Source: Lytechinus pictus (taxonomy: Eukaryota). From it: a stretch of DNA of 64,000 nucleotides. Made by a program: the position numbers and the translations under genes. A model generated the notes under the pieces. The model saw nothing but the letters and a program-made list of their open reading frames with translations. It did not search any database and was not told where the DNA came from. The stretch is taken from positions 22,508,001 through 22,572,000 of the forward strand of contig NC_087251.1 in the NCBI RefSeq assembly GCF_037042905.1, in the 5' to 3' direction. Below, piece after piece: positions 52,251 through 64,000 of the stretch. Positions within the stretch are counted from its first letter, which is position 1, and every line of letters starts with the position of its first letter.

Positions 52251-53184
52251 TATACACCATTCATTGCGAACATAACGCGGCGCTAAATTATGGAACGGTA
52301 GGTTGGACACAATTCGTCACCAACAGTACATGGTACATCCGCCAATTGATGTGTCCAGATAGCGGAACATAGTGTGATTATATTATGGGGGCTACTAAAA
52401 TATGTAAGAGATATATAAAACATAGTAACCTAAAAGAGTGACCGTTTCAGACCCAAAACTGCCCCCAAAATTGCTGATAAACCCGACATTATCTGTTTTC
52501 AGGACAACCGTGAATTTCAGAGGAAGAGTGAAGAGTCACGGCCGAAAATTGCTGATTTTTTGTTTTTTGCTTGCCAGATAATTCTGACATGCAATAGACA
52601 TTGTCATGCTTTCAGCACCCCCAGGACAAAAATCGGTCCCACATCCCTGCTGTGCACGTGTCATCTAACAGACCAATCAAAATGCACCAAATTGATTTTG
52701 TTTTCACAGTGTTTTGTGTTGAATTTGATATATTTGCATTGCTTTGAATAACTGGGATTATACCTTTTCTTTTTTTTTGTAAAAAAATACAAGGCTTTAA
52801 AAATCGGGAGAGGGACACTAGTTGCTTATATTTGCAACAATTACAATTTACACTGATCTTTGGTTAAAATTATACAAGTCAATCACATTAAACTCCTTTT
52901 TAGAGTCTGATTGAAATGACTTCCAGAGAATGCTGGAAATGAAAGAATAAAAAATATTTAAAGTGATTAAGCTACTCGAAAACATCAACAAATCCCAGAT
53001 GTTGGTTGCGTTTCCTGTTTCTTCTCCTTCTTCTCCTCCTTTTACTCTTTCAACAAAATCACACTATGTTCCGCTATCTGGACACATCAATTGGCGGATG
53101 TACGATGTACTGTTGGTGACGAATTGTGTCCAGCCTGGCGTTCCATAATTTAGCGCCGCGTTATGTTCGCAATGAATGGTGTAG

Positions 53185-54520
53185 GATTTTGTCAACTGAT
53201 CATCTCTTCTACAAGATGTCGACATGACGAGATCTTGTCATCTCATCATCTCTTCTAAAAGATGTTGACATGATGAGATCCGGGATCTTGTCATCTCATC
53301 ATCTCTTCTAAAAGATTTTGACACGATGAGATCCGGGATCTTGTCATCTCATCATCTCTTCAAAATGATGTTGACATGATGGGATCCGGGATCTTGTCAA
53401 CTGATCATCTCTTCTGAAAGATGTCGACATGACGAGATCCGGGATCTTGTCATCTCATCATCTCTTCTAAAAGATGTTGACATGATGAGATCCGGGATCT
53501 TGTCATCTCATCATCTCTTCTAAAAGATGTTGACACGATGAGATCCGGGATCTTGTCATCTCATCATTTCTTCTAAAAGATGTTGACATGATGAGATCCG
53601 GGATCTTGTCATCTCATCATCTCCTCTAAAAGATGTTGACATGATGAGATCCGGGATCTTGTCATCCCATCATTTCTTCGAAAAGATGTTGACATGATGA
53701 GATCCGGGATCTTGTCATCTCATCATCTCTTCTAAAAGATGTTGACATGATGAGATCCGGGATCTTGTCATCTCATCTCTTCTAAAAGATGTTGACACGA
53801 TGAGATCCGGGATCTTGTCATCTCATCATTTCTTCTAAAAGATGTTGACATGATGAGATCCGGGATCTTGTCATCTCTTCTAAAAGATGTTGACACGATG
53901 AGATCCGGGATCTCGTCATCTGATCTTTTCTTCTAAAAGATGTTGACATGATGAGATCCGGGATCTTGTCATCTCTTCTAAAAGATGTTGACATGATGAG
54001 ATCCGGGATCTCGTCATCTGATCTTTTGCTATCATGATGTCGACTTCCCAAGATAATTATCTCAACATCTCGGTGGCACTTTTAAGCTTCCATGAGATCC
54101 GGGATCTTGTCAACTGATAATCTCTTCTGAAAGATGTTGACATGATGAGATCCGGGATCTTGTCAACTGATCATCTCTTCTGAAAGATGTCGACATGACG
54201 AGATCCGGGATCTTGTCATCTCTTCTAAAAGATGTTGACATGATGAGATCCGGGATCTCGTCATCTGATCTTTTCTTCTAAAAGATGTTGACATGATGAG
54301 ATCCGGGATCTTGTCATCTCATCATTTCTTCTAAAAGATGTTGACATGATGAGATCCGGGATCTTGTCATCTCTTCTAAAAGATGTTGACATGATGAGAT
54401 CCGGGATCTCGTCATCTGATCTTTTCTTCTAAAAGATGTTGACATGATGAGATCCGGGATCTTGTCATCTCTTCTAAAAGATGTTGACATGATGAGATCC
54501 GGGATCTCGTCATCTGATCT
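53185..54520 (-). repeat. Expanded 53/45-bp minisatellite arrays, reverse orientation
   Basis: Reverse complement of the 53-bp unit plus a 45-bp variant lacking 8 bp; interrupted by an extra element end at about 54025-54093. Confidence 0.93.
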
Positions 54521-54827
54521 TTTGCTATCATGATGTCGACTTCCCAAGATAATTATCTCAACATCTCGGTGGCACTTTTAAGCTTCCATACATTTATCAT
54601 TTGCTTTCCTTTTTATAAGCAGGGGACAAATAACGAAAACGCTGTCGGGTTCCGCATCAATGGAAATAAACCCTTGTTTCGTTTGACCGCAGAACTCGTT
54701 GTATGATGGTTTATCGAGAACATTTCTTTTTGTTGTAGCAATTAATGTTGAAATTTATCGACATTAGCTTTTCAGTCGGTTAAATGCTGTGGTGTCAGTA
54801 GCTTATAATGGTAGCTTCTAAAGGAAA

Positions 54828-56136
54828 TTTCTTCTCCTTCTTCTCCTCCTTTTACTCTTTCAACAAAATCACACTATGTTCCGCTATCTGGACACATCAA
54901 TTGGCGGATGTACGATGTACTGTTGGTGACGAATTGTGTCCAGCCTGGCGTTCCATAATTTAGCGCCGCGTTATGTTCGCAATGAATGGTGTAGGATTTT
55001 GTCAACTGATCATCTCTTCTACAAGATGTCGACATGACGAGATCTTGTCATCTCATCATCTCTTCTAAAAGATGTTGACATGATGAGATCCGGGATCTTG
55101 TCATCTCATCATCTCTTCTAAAAGATTTTGACACGATGAGATCCAGGATCTTGTCATCTCATCATCTCTTCAAAATGATGTTGACATGATGGGATCTGGG
55201 ATCTTGTCAACTGATCATCTCTTCTGAAAGATGTCGACATGACGAGATCCGGGATCTTGTCATCTTATCATCTCTTCTAAAAGATGTTGACATGATGAGA
55301 TCCGGGATCTTGTCATCTCATCATCTCTTCTAAAAGATGTTGACACGATGAAATCCGGGATCTTGTCATCCCATCATTTCTTCGAAAAGATGTTGACATG
55401 ATGAGATCCGGGATCTTGTCATCTCATCATCTCTTCTAAAAGATGTTGACATGATGAGATCCGGGATCTTGTCATCTCATCATCTCTTCTAAAAGATGTT
55501 GACACGATGAGATCCGGGATCTTGTCATCTCATCATTTCTTCTAAAAGATGTTGACATGATGAGATCCGGGATCTTGTCATCTCTTCTAAAAGATGTTGA
55601 CATGATGAGATCCGGGATCTTGTCATCTCATCATTTCTTCTAAAAGATGTTGACATGATGAGATCCGGGATCTTGTCATCTCTTCTAAAAGACGTTGACA
55701 TGATGAGATCCGGGATCTCGTCATCTGATCTTTTCTTCTAAAAGATGTTGACATGATGAGATCCGGGATCTTGTAATCTCTTCTAAAAGATGTTGACATG
55801 ATGAGATCCGGGATCTCGTCATCTGATCTTTTGCTATCATGATGTCGACTTCCCAAGATAATTATCTCAACATCTCGGTGGCACTTTTAAGCTTCCATAC
55901 ATTTATCATTTGCTTTCCTTTTTATAAGCAGGGGACAAATAACGAAAACGCTGTCGGGTTCCGCATCAATGGAAATAAACCCTTGTTTCGTTTGACCGCA
56001 GAACTCGTTGTATGATGGTTTATCGAGAACATTTCTTTTTGTTGTAGCAATTAATGTTGAAATTTATCGACATTAGCTTTTCAGTCGGTTAAATGCTGTG
56101 GTGTCAGTAGCTTATAATGGTAGCTTCTAAATGAAA
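54828..56136. repeat. Tandem duplicate of 53018-54827 (right arm of the IS3EU-like element plus ~240 bp of flank)
   Basis: TTTCTTCTCCTTCTTCTCC starts at 53018 and 54828; the flank CATTTATCATTTGC...GTAGCTTCTAAA is repeated at 54591-54822 and 55900-56131. Confidence 0.92.
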
Positions 56137-56846
56137 TAAGCTCCAATATACCTTTGTAGTTATACACTGTTAAAGGGTTTCTATTGTTTCATATCTACTA
56201 AAGATGTCCTTATTCTGGGAAGAATTAAACAGCGGAGTGTCCGGGATATGGTGTTGTATAATTCGTGCTTATAATGGCTTTGAGAACAATTATGTGAGTG
56301 AAAAATCACTGCTGAAACGTTTCACGACCCAATATCCTGATAATAACACTTATTTAACAATAAAATTGTTTGAATTTATGTGTGCGTTTTGGGTGGGTTA
56401 TATCGTCCATGGATTCCCATGTGAGCAGAAGTGTGAACTATGAGTTCAGAATTACTACCCCGCTCTCCTACACAGACACCCAAATGCACAAGCACCCACA
56501 CATACACACCCTCACTCCGCTTACATATATTTCCTCGGTGCCTTTACTATGATTTCAAATTAGAACTGAAATGGTGTTTCATAAAATAACAATTTTTTCC
56601 TGTCATTTTATAGTATGTAACATATCTAGCAAAGTAGATATAATGAGATGAATTTGAATACATTATTGAAGGCCCAGACACAGACACACCTACCGACACA
56701 TACACACACAAACACCAACACATATATATTTTTTGGAGGGTCGAGTTGGTACTCTGATGTTTGTACATTACATGTATGTCTCTTATGCACATGCCTCAAT
56801 TTTATGTGAACACGGATGATGTAGAAATGTCATTGAGTTGAAATTT

Positions 56847-57338
56847 CGGTTACACTTCGTAATTCCGAAGGTTCATAATTCCGAAGGTTCTTTATTCCGA
56901 CGGTTCGTAATTCCGAAACACGTAAATTGCCTATACCTCGATGTTCGGTTAATCCGAAAACGTAAAAGGGTTCGTTAATCCGAACATTTGTGGCGTTATT
57001 CCGAAGGTTCGATAATCCGAAAACGAAATAAGGTTCGATGTTCCGAAGGTTCGTCAATCCGAAAACGACATAAGGTTCGTTGTTCCGAAGGTTCGTTAGT
57101 CCGAAAACGAAATAAGGTTCGTTAATCATTAGTTTTCGGACTAACGAACCTTCGGAATTACGAACCTCATTTCGTTTTCGGATTAACGAACCTTCGGAAT
57201 TACGAACCTCACTTCGTTTTCGGACTAACGAACCTTCGGAATTACGAACCTTCGGAAATACGAACCTTCGGAATAACGAACCTTCGGAATATCCGAACCT
57301 TCGGAATAACGAAGCTTCGGAATTACGAATGTATGCGG
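56847..57338. mobile_element. Complete foldback MITE of TTCCGAAGGTTCG / CGAACCTTCGGAA subrepeats with 6-bp TSD (superfamily unassigned)
   Basis: AAATTT | CGGTTACACTTCGTAATTCCGAAG ... CTTCGGAATTACGAATGTATGCGG | AAATTT (7-bp TSD GAAATTT if the element ends one base earlier). Confidence 0.85.
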
Positions 57339-59491
57339 AAATTTCAGTGGAAGGTGGGCTTCATTATGAGTTTTGTATTGTGAACACGATCAGATCGCAA
57401 AGGAAAGAAAGTGAGATATGATATCCTGCAATATAGGGTCCTGTAGTTTCTTATCTTAGCAGACCTGAAGAATCAGAGAGAGACATATATGTAAATTGTG
57501 AAATCCGATCATCTAAGCAAATTATGAAATAACATTAGGATCGCATTTTCTCAAGTCAGTTCACTGAGAAAGCAAAACTTCATGGTCTCTTCTTCAATTT
57601 GTTCCATCGGGTCAACGTATCCATGAAACCAATCGCCCCGCTGGGTGTAGGCTTTGCGAGTTCGGAGGGCGCGGTTACCCGCCGAGAGATATCTCGCGTT
57701 GATTTCGACAAAGTCAACCAATAATTATCGAACCGGGGTTATTGCCGCTGACCCCGCAAAACCTCAGAGATTCGGTTAGTCGTGTACGATAAAGGAGTAC
57801 TACAAATCTATTTTGGTTGAAATCAAACCATGTTTTTCAGGTTCTAGAAAGGAAACGCTCAAGAGTTTTACGACAAATGAGGATCTATAATGTTAAGCTT
57901 CTACATGTAAGCAATACTTTACTTGGTGATCAAGGTGGTGGTGCTCATTACTTTATCGGAGATGTAATTCAGTAAACCTTATGAATGAATTTAGTTCGTG
58001 CCCAAGTCTAAGAATAGTAAATTCACGTGAATTGCCAGTTTATTTTTCTTATTGATGTTCTGCTGTTGCCGGTCTATGTCTAGCTGCATCTTATTTATTG
58101 GTGCGTATATTTGCTTTTAGACATGTTTTAGTGATTATTGTGACCTATGATAAACAAATGTTCACCGCAAGTGAAGTTCGGCGTTGTAACTTAACTCCAC
58201 TGCGTCTGTCCTCTCCTATCTTCGATTGAATTGACTTTCTCATACTTTTCTCGGATGCTCCCCGCTCTTTTTTAAGAAGGCCTGGGAAAAATGTCTTGGG
58301 AAATAATGGTCAATCAGTTAAATTGATTATCAATTCAACACGTTGGCTCCTATTACTTCTCTTTTTTTTCCTTCCTTGGCATAGCTTTGGGGTTGAATTT
58401 CCACCGACTTACCTTGTGACATAGTAAATATTAGTTCGCAAGTGATTAAAAAGAGCCAAGTGCGAGGAATAGTTCCTGCTTATCGAATGCATCCCCCGAT
58501 GGAATAGCGAACGTTATTTGAGAAGACAGTTTATTTCTTCCCCGCAAATATACTTTGTCCCAGGGTGGAAAAAAAACCAAGAATGATATCTATATTTTCC
58601 TGTTTTTATTAATCTTGAATTCTAGTTTTTTTTCAAAGAAATAAAAATCTTTATTTTGATCTGCGAAGGGTGTACAATGTTATTTAAATATTTTCCCCAA
58701 TGCCTACAAAGAATATCAAAATACTGGTTGATTATTATTTTTTATTTTTTGCGATTCGCACATTTTTCAAGATATGGAGAATTACATAGACTTGTAAAAA
58801 AAAAAACTTAAATTTTCATGCAGTTATTTTTGTAACTTTTGTGGAAATTTAATGCAGTAATGCTGGAGTACTCGCAGATCTCTTTTTGAATTTTTGTACA
58901 ACATTTACACAGCAAGGGTATCAGCATTTCTATACTGAGATAGGACATGACTAAATAAAGGTCTTGATGGAATTTCGAGATTGTTGTTTCGTTACCCACT
59001 TCAAATAGAATATCCCAGAGTCGTTCTGCAATGGACATTTGTTTTTTTTTAAGATAAAGAAAATTTTCCAGAGAAGCTAAAAGTTTCTCTATCCCTGGCA
59101 TAAATCTATTTAAGATACCCCCATGAACAAAAGGTCATGTAGTACTTATGGAAAGGCTGAGTGCATTTTGCTTTGAGCAACAATAATTTTCAAGTCATCG
59201 ATTTTTATGTCGTCAATAATGGGGGGAAAATGTCAGACGTTGCCATGCAGTGCATGATTATGTAGGCGTTAGCCCTCCGTTAAGTCCTCTGATATTCCAC
59301 TTATTCTCTATTTTTGTCTTTTTCCATTGTGTTTTTATTTGGGTCGAGAAACAGATCCAGTGACAAGCACGACTTCGAAAGCAACAGATTTTTGTAGGTC
59401 TAAAATGACTACATTGGTATATATATATATATATATGTGTGTGTGTATATATATATATATATATGTATACATATTTGTATACTTTTGTATA

Positions 59492-59903
59492 CACATTTGT
59501 ATACTTTCTCCCATACATTTACTGTATCAAAGCAATAACTTTGATCCAGCTGAGGCATGGCGGCTTGTCATTGTTCAAAACCCACCTTCACCCGACAAAG
59601 GAAATTATAATTGGTATGGTGTCGAAAATCTGTCTATCTGACGGTCAATCGGATCGGGGTTGCCCTAGCCACTAACCCGTCTCTGTGGTCTAGTGGTTAA
59701 GGCACCGGCGTTCAAAGCTGGGGGCCCGGGTTCGATTCCCGGCAGAGACATTTTTTCGGCATCACCAATTTTTCCAAAGGGTAGATAGCTCTGGGGAACC
59801 TTGATTTAAGCTACGCCTACCATTGTTCTCTTCATCCATTTCTTTACAATATTTAAATAAAAGAGTTGCCAAAGCTGGTGTGCATGTACAACTTCACACA
59901 TTT
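59492..59903 (+). mobile_element. Solo copy of the 405-bp tRNA-containing unit, embedded in TA-rich microsatellite
   Basis: Colinear with the units in 33898-35081; bounded by the short direct repeat ACACATTT and by (TA)n/(TG)n tracts. Confidence 0.85.
59679..59750 (+). tRNA. tRNA-like gene, 72 nt, anticodon TCA (repeat-borne; copy D)
   Basis: Identical to copies A and C; followed by TTTTTT. Confidence 0.6.
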
Positions 59904-62900
59904 ATATATATATGTATATATACCTCTATCGTCTGAACCATATATGTATGTACTATGTTGCTTCTACTATTGCTTTTTGAATTGAGTGCACTCCTATATA
60001 CCTCCAAGGAAGAAAAAAAAGGTCAGATTAGCTATTATTTATAAGTAACAGTTTTACAAAGAAACATTCCCCGCGGCTGTCCCCAAGTAGCTGTTCTCCC
60101 AGGATGCGGTATATTCTCTGGAGGAACCTGCACTTGGTTCACACATTGTTAAAGATGCCTCCACCTGATAAGAATTTAATCCATATTGATCCTCATCAAA
60201 TTCAACACAAGAGACCCGTGGCTTGCCAATTTAAGGACAAGAAATCACTGCCTTCTTATCACGTTGAGCAACAAGTACATATTCGACCTCGAATCCCTAT
60301 TACACCTTTATTATAGCGTGTATATTGAGGCAAGACAGAATCGTGATTTTATCAGATCGCCAGTACCTTTCAAACCCCCTGTGCAAATTGTATAAAAAAG
60401 GAACACGTTCTTATATTATTGCTTATATCCAATGATATTGATAATGGTGGATTTTTTGCTTACTTCATAATTTTTTTTTTGCTGTTAGTTTTATCCTGGA
60501 TACAACGATAATGTTGGTCTAAGCGTCAATAGCTGGAGGAATAGACGCGTATATATATTCATAATTTATATTCATTTTGCTGTCAGTGAAATGTGTTCAT
60601 TTAGGAATGGTTGCTTTGTCTTGTTTGCCAAATTCACATATCGGAAATCTTTGATGCCCAAGTTGTTTTGGAATTCTAATTTCTTTTTAAAACGTTCTCC
60701 TGGTTCTATTTGCTTTTGTCGTAGTCACCCTTTGTCGACTTTGATCTAAAGGAACTCTTTGCTTTTGAAGCAGAACTATTGGAACGGGACTCCAAAAATC
60801 ACATGCGTTTGTCTTGTGCGCCATCAATATGCGCGCTATAATAATGAATAAGAGGTGTTCCCTCGGGTGCCACTGAGAACTTCGTGTGTCCATGTGCGCC
60901 ATGCGTAAGCGGCCAGTTTGCAGTTGGGTGAGCTCGAGTAGTCTCAGGCGTCTTCTTCATCGCAGTCTTTGTCAAAATAAACATTCTTTCTGGACCTCTG
61001 GTCGCAGGGATCTTCCGAGTGCTATTCAATGCAATAAGGTCAAATGATCAGTTTCGGGAACTTGTTAAACTTCTTGTTTCTGAAAATTCGTTGAAAACTG
61101 AAGGGATGATAAGAGGAATCACAGTGCCTTCGACTTTTCCACTACGATGTTATTTCAATTACTTGTGGTTTTTCTTTCATTTTATTTTAAAATGATTGAC
61201 ATGTATTCCACATTGTCTGTCTTTACGTAGAATTTGAAAATGCATAATTTCATTGAATTTCGAAATGTGGAACGTCACCCCTACCCCAAACATTAATCTC
61301 TCCCCGTCACGCATGCCATAATACCACACAATTTTGTCGCTGGAAGGGCGACAAGACTTACCATTTTAAGAAAGTAGCACTTGGCCTAAACTTCGGAAAA
61401 GTTTGTTGAGAGCTGGGATTCGGACAGGTTCAGGCTTGATTTTCGAGTAAATAAACCTAGCAAATTATTTAGAATCAAAGTCTGACATCACTCCAGTTCT
61501 CGGGGGGGGGGGGGGAGGTGGAGATGAGGGATTGCCGCTCCTGTAAATGTACTGGCATGCGTATTTCCAAGACTTATTTTGGTTGTTGCCTGAATGAAAT
61601 ACAGACCCTCTTTATCATGTTTGTATGCTATTTGATTTTCTGCGAGTCACATTGTGATATCTCTTCTTGGTTTCTAATTCGAAAAGTGCATGGCTAGCAG
61701 TGATATATATCTAGCACATATGTAGTCAATGAGCTGACAATCTTTAAAACAGCTGATAGCAAATAATTAATTTAAATGTGTAACTTTAGTAGAATGTTGT
61801 TTGGGTGCAATCGGAATTGCCTCACAAAAGCATGTAACAGAAACGATTTTTGCCGATGGGTGTCTATTTAACATGTTTAACCTATATAAAGTTTCATTAG
61901 TTCTTTTCGCCTTGCAAGTTTCCCCCTTCATTCTTATCTTTTCTTCTCTCTTCCCCTGTCTCTTCCTATCTCCGAATTGCCCTCTCAGCCCCCCCCCCCC
62001 TATGTCCATCTTCCTATCTATCTACAACTCTTTCTTCATTCCTCGTATAGTCGAGCATGAAATGCAAATTTTAAGAACTTTACATTTCTTAACATTCCCA
62101 ACCGTCTATTCCATGCTTAATGATGTATATTACTTGCCCTTAATAGTATTTATTTTACGAAATGAAACAAAAAGTGCCAATGAGCTATTACTTTAATGCA
62201 AGTAAGACTTGAGCGAGTGTGTCTCGGATGACATGAAGGAATAAAGACAGGAAGAATGAAAGGCAGAGATGAGGAGAGATGAATTGTACTAAGAAAAAAA
62301 AACACTGAGAGGGAGAGATGAGGAGACGACGGAGGGGGCTGAAAATCTACAATATTCTTCTTCTGTAGTTGTTTAGGACTACCATTCAGCGTCCTAGTAG
62401 TATTTTGTTTTGTGAACTCACAATGAAATCTAAGTTTCTTCTTTGAATCAGTATCTGGCTACCGCTGGGTATTTTTGGCTTTTTCCTCATCTTTTTCACT
62501 GCAATTTCTCCACTTTCCTGAGATTCGGGTAAACCAGAATCCCATGTGACCAATCAAGGATGTAACTGATAGGTCAGGCATATACCCTGTCTCTGCTAAC
62601 TTGTGATTGACTAAACAAGATTCATCTAAATGAAATTTCCTCTCTCTTCATCTCTTCTTATCCATTGATTGATGTTTGCTTGGAGGTTTGTTTGGGATTC
62701 CCCTCTCCTTTTTATTGTTTTTGTTTTTGCATTGACGGTAAAACTGTTTGGTGTACGTTTTAGAATATTCTTACTCTATACCAGGGTTGCAAACCTCTTC
62801 GTACCTTTGAAATATGATTTCTTTATTGCACATCGCTCATTCAGAATTATAAACAAGCGCGCGTAGGCTCTCACGTGTACACACACACACCCTAACCCAC

Positions 62901-64000
62901 GCACACCCGCACATACCCTATTTTTTTTTGCTTGTCAAATTTTTCCTCGGGGAAAATGTACCCCCCTTTTAGAAAATCCTGTATCTGCCCCTGATCCACA
63001 CCCCACCTCTCTCTTACATAATACACACACACACGCACATACAAACAACGCATGTTCTCATACTTCCACTCTTAAAATCACAACCCACTCACTCAAACGC
63101 CCCCAGACACAACAACCATACCTCCTTCATCCAACCACATGAATGTAAACCGAAGTCGCTGCCGTTTTACTTCTTGTTTCGGTTTGGTTTTATTTCAGTT
63201 AATTTAACTAATTCACACTGAAAATGCATCTATTAAAAATCAACAGATTGTGACTTGAGAATTCCAGTAAAATGTACAATAATTATTATATGTTTTAAAG
63301 AATCAATTAATTATTTTATATTCTACTGATTTTGGGGGGTATAATATCATATCTGACAATCAATTTATGTGTTAAGAAATATTACATCCTATATTGAATC
63401 GATTTGGATGATGGATCACCCCCCCCCCAGAATTCAGGAATTTCGCTTGAAAACTGAATAGTTTCAAATCTGAATTCATTGATCGGGGTATATTCTGCTC
63501 AATGTCAACTGAAATTAATTCGATCCAAATCTCGGCCAGGCATGGATGATGGTTTTACTATCAAGGTGTGGGATTGTTTTTTTTATTATATCGTCGCGGA
63601 GGAAACCGGAACTTTTGTATTTCTTGTTCCCGAGTCAGGAAATAGAATCTTCTAAAATGCTTTGGGTGACACCCTCCGTTGTAGTGACAAGACTGAAAAT
63701 ATTCTTTAACATTTGCTCTGGGGTGACACTCTGTTGAAACATTTCACCAAGTCTAAATCCATAGATTGAAATTGGATTGTGTTTATATTCACTGACAGTA
63801 TAGCCCAAGGCGGGGATTCTTTGAAGCTCTTTATTTCATATATACTCATACATCTTTTTTCTGATGAGGTTCGTCTTGTCTTCTCACATTGATATAGGAT
63901 AAGCTCAAAAGTAATATCCGTATATATTCTGCTGGTCGACTACAAAAATACGGCAATGACATTATTTTGTTTTTATTAGATTATATATATATATATGGAA

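Larger units (their letters stand above)
51897..54590. mobile_element. IS3EU-like non-autonomous foldback transposon with long inverted arms containing 53-bp tandem arrays
   Basis: CATTTA (51891-51896) | TATGGAAGC ... GCTTCCATA | CATTTA (54591-54596): TAY..RTA termini with a 6-bp TSD. Left arm 51897-52379, unique core 52380-53056, right arm from 53057. Confidence 0.82.

Noticed and set aside
51981..55830. 53-bp arrays as a CRISPR array, or the derived ORFs (MGSRHHDSK...) as genes
   Set aside because: The units are contiguous with no unique spacers, there are no cas genes, the context is eukaryotic, and the ORFs are translations of the minisatellite.

Overview
AT-rich eukaryotic genomic DNA, apparently intergenic or intronic. 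The repeat types suggest a marine invertebrate, possibly an echinoderm, but that is an impression. No complete protein-coding gene is visible, and nearly all ORF-track entries look spurious. The window is dominated by non-autonomous DNA transposons with readable terminal inverted repeats (TIRs) and target-site duplications (TSDs): Kolobok-like TTAA elements, two inverted Tc1/mariner-like MITEs, Harbinger-, EnSpm-, hAT-, ISL2EU- and P-like elements, and an IS3EU-like foldback element with 53-bp arrays and a tandem duplication. There is also a CR1/L2-type LINE 3' end and one probable terminal coding exon (41278-41519, +). The most unusual feature is a 405-bp (TA)n-associated repeat unit carrying an intact 72-nt tRNA-like cloverleaf with a TCA anticodon (complementary to the UGA stop codon) and a Pol III terminator. 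It occurs as a tandem-plus-inverted array at 33.9-35.1 kb and as a solo copy at 59.5-59.9 kb.
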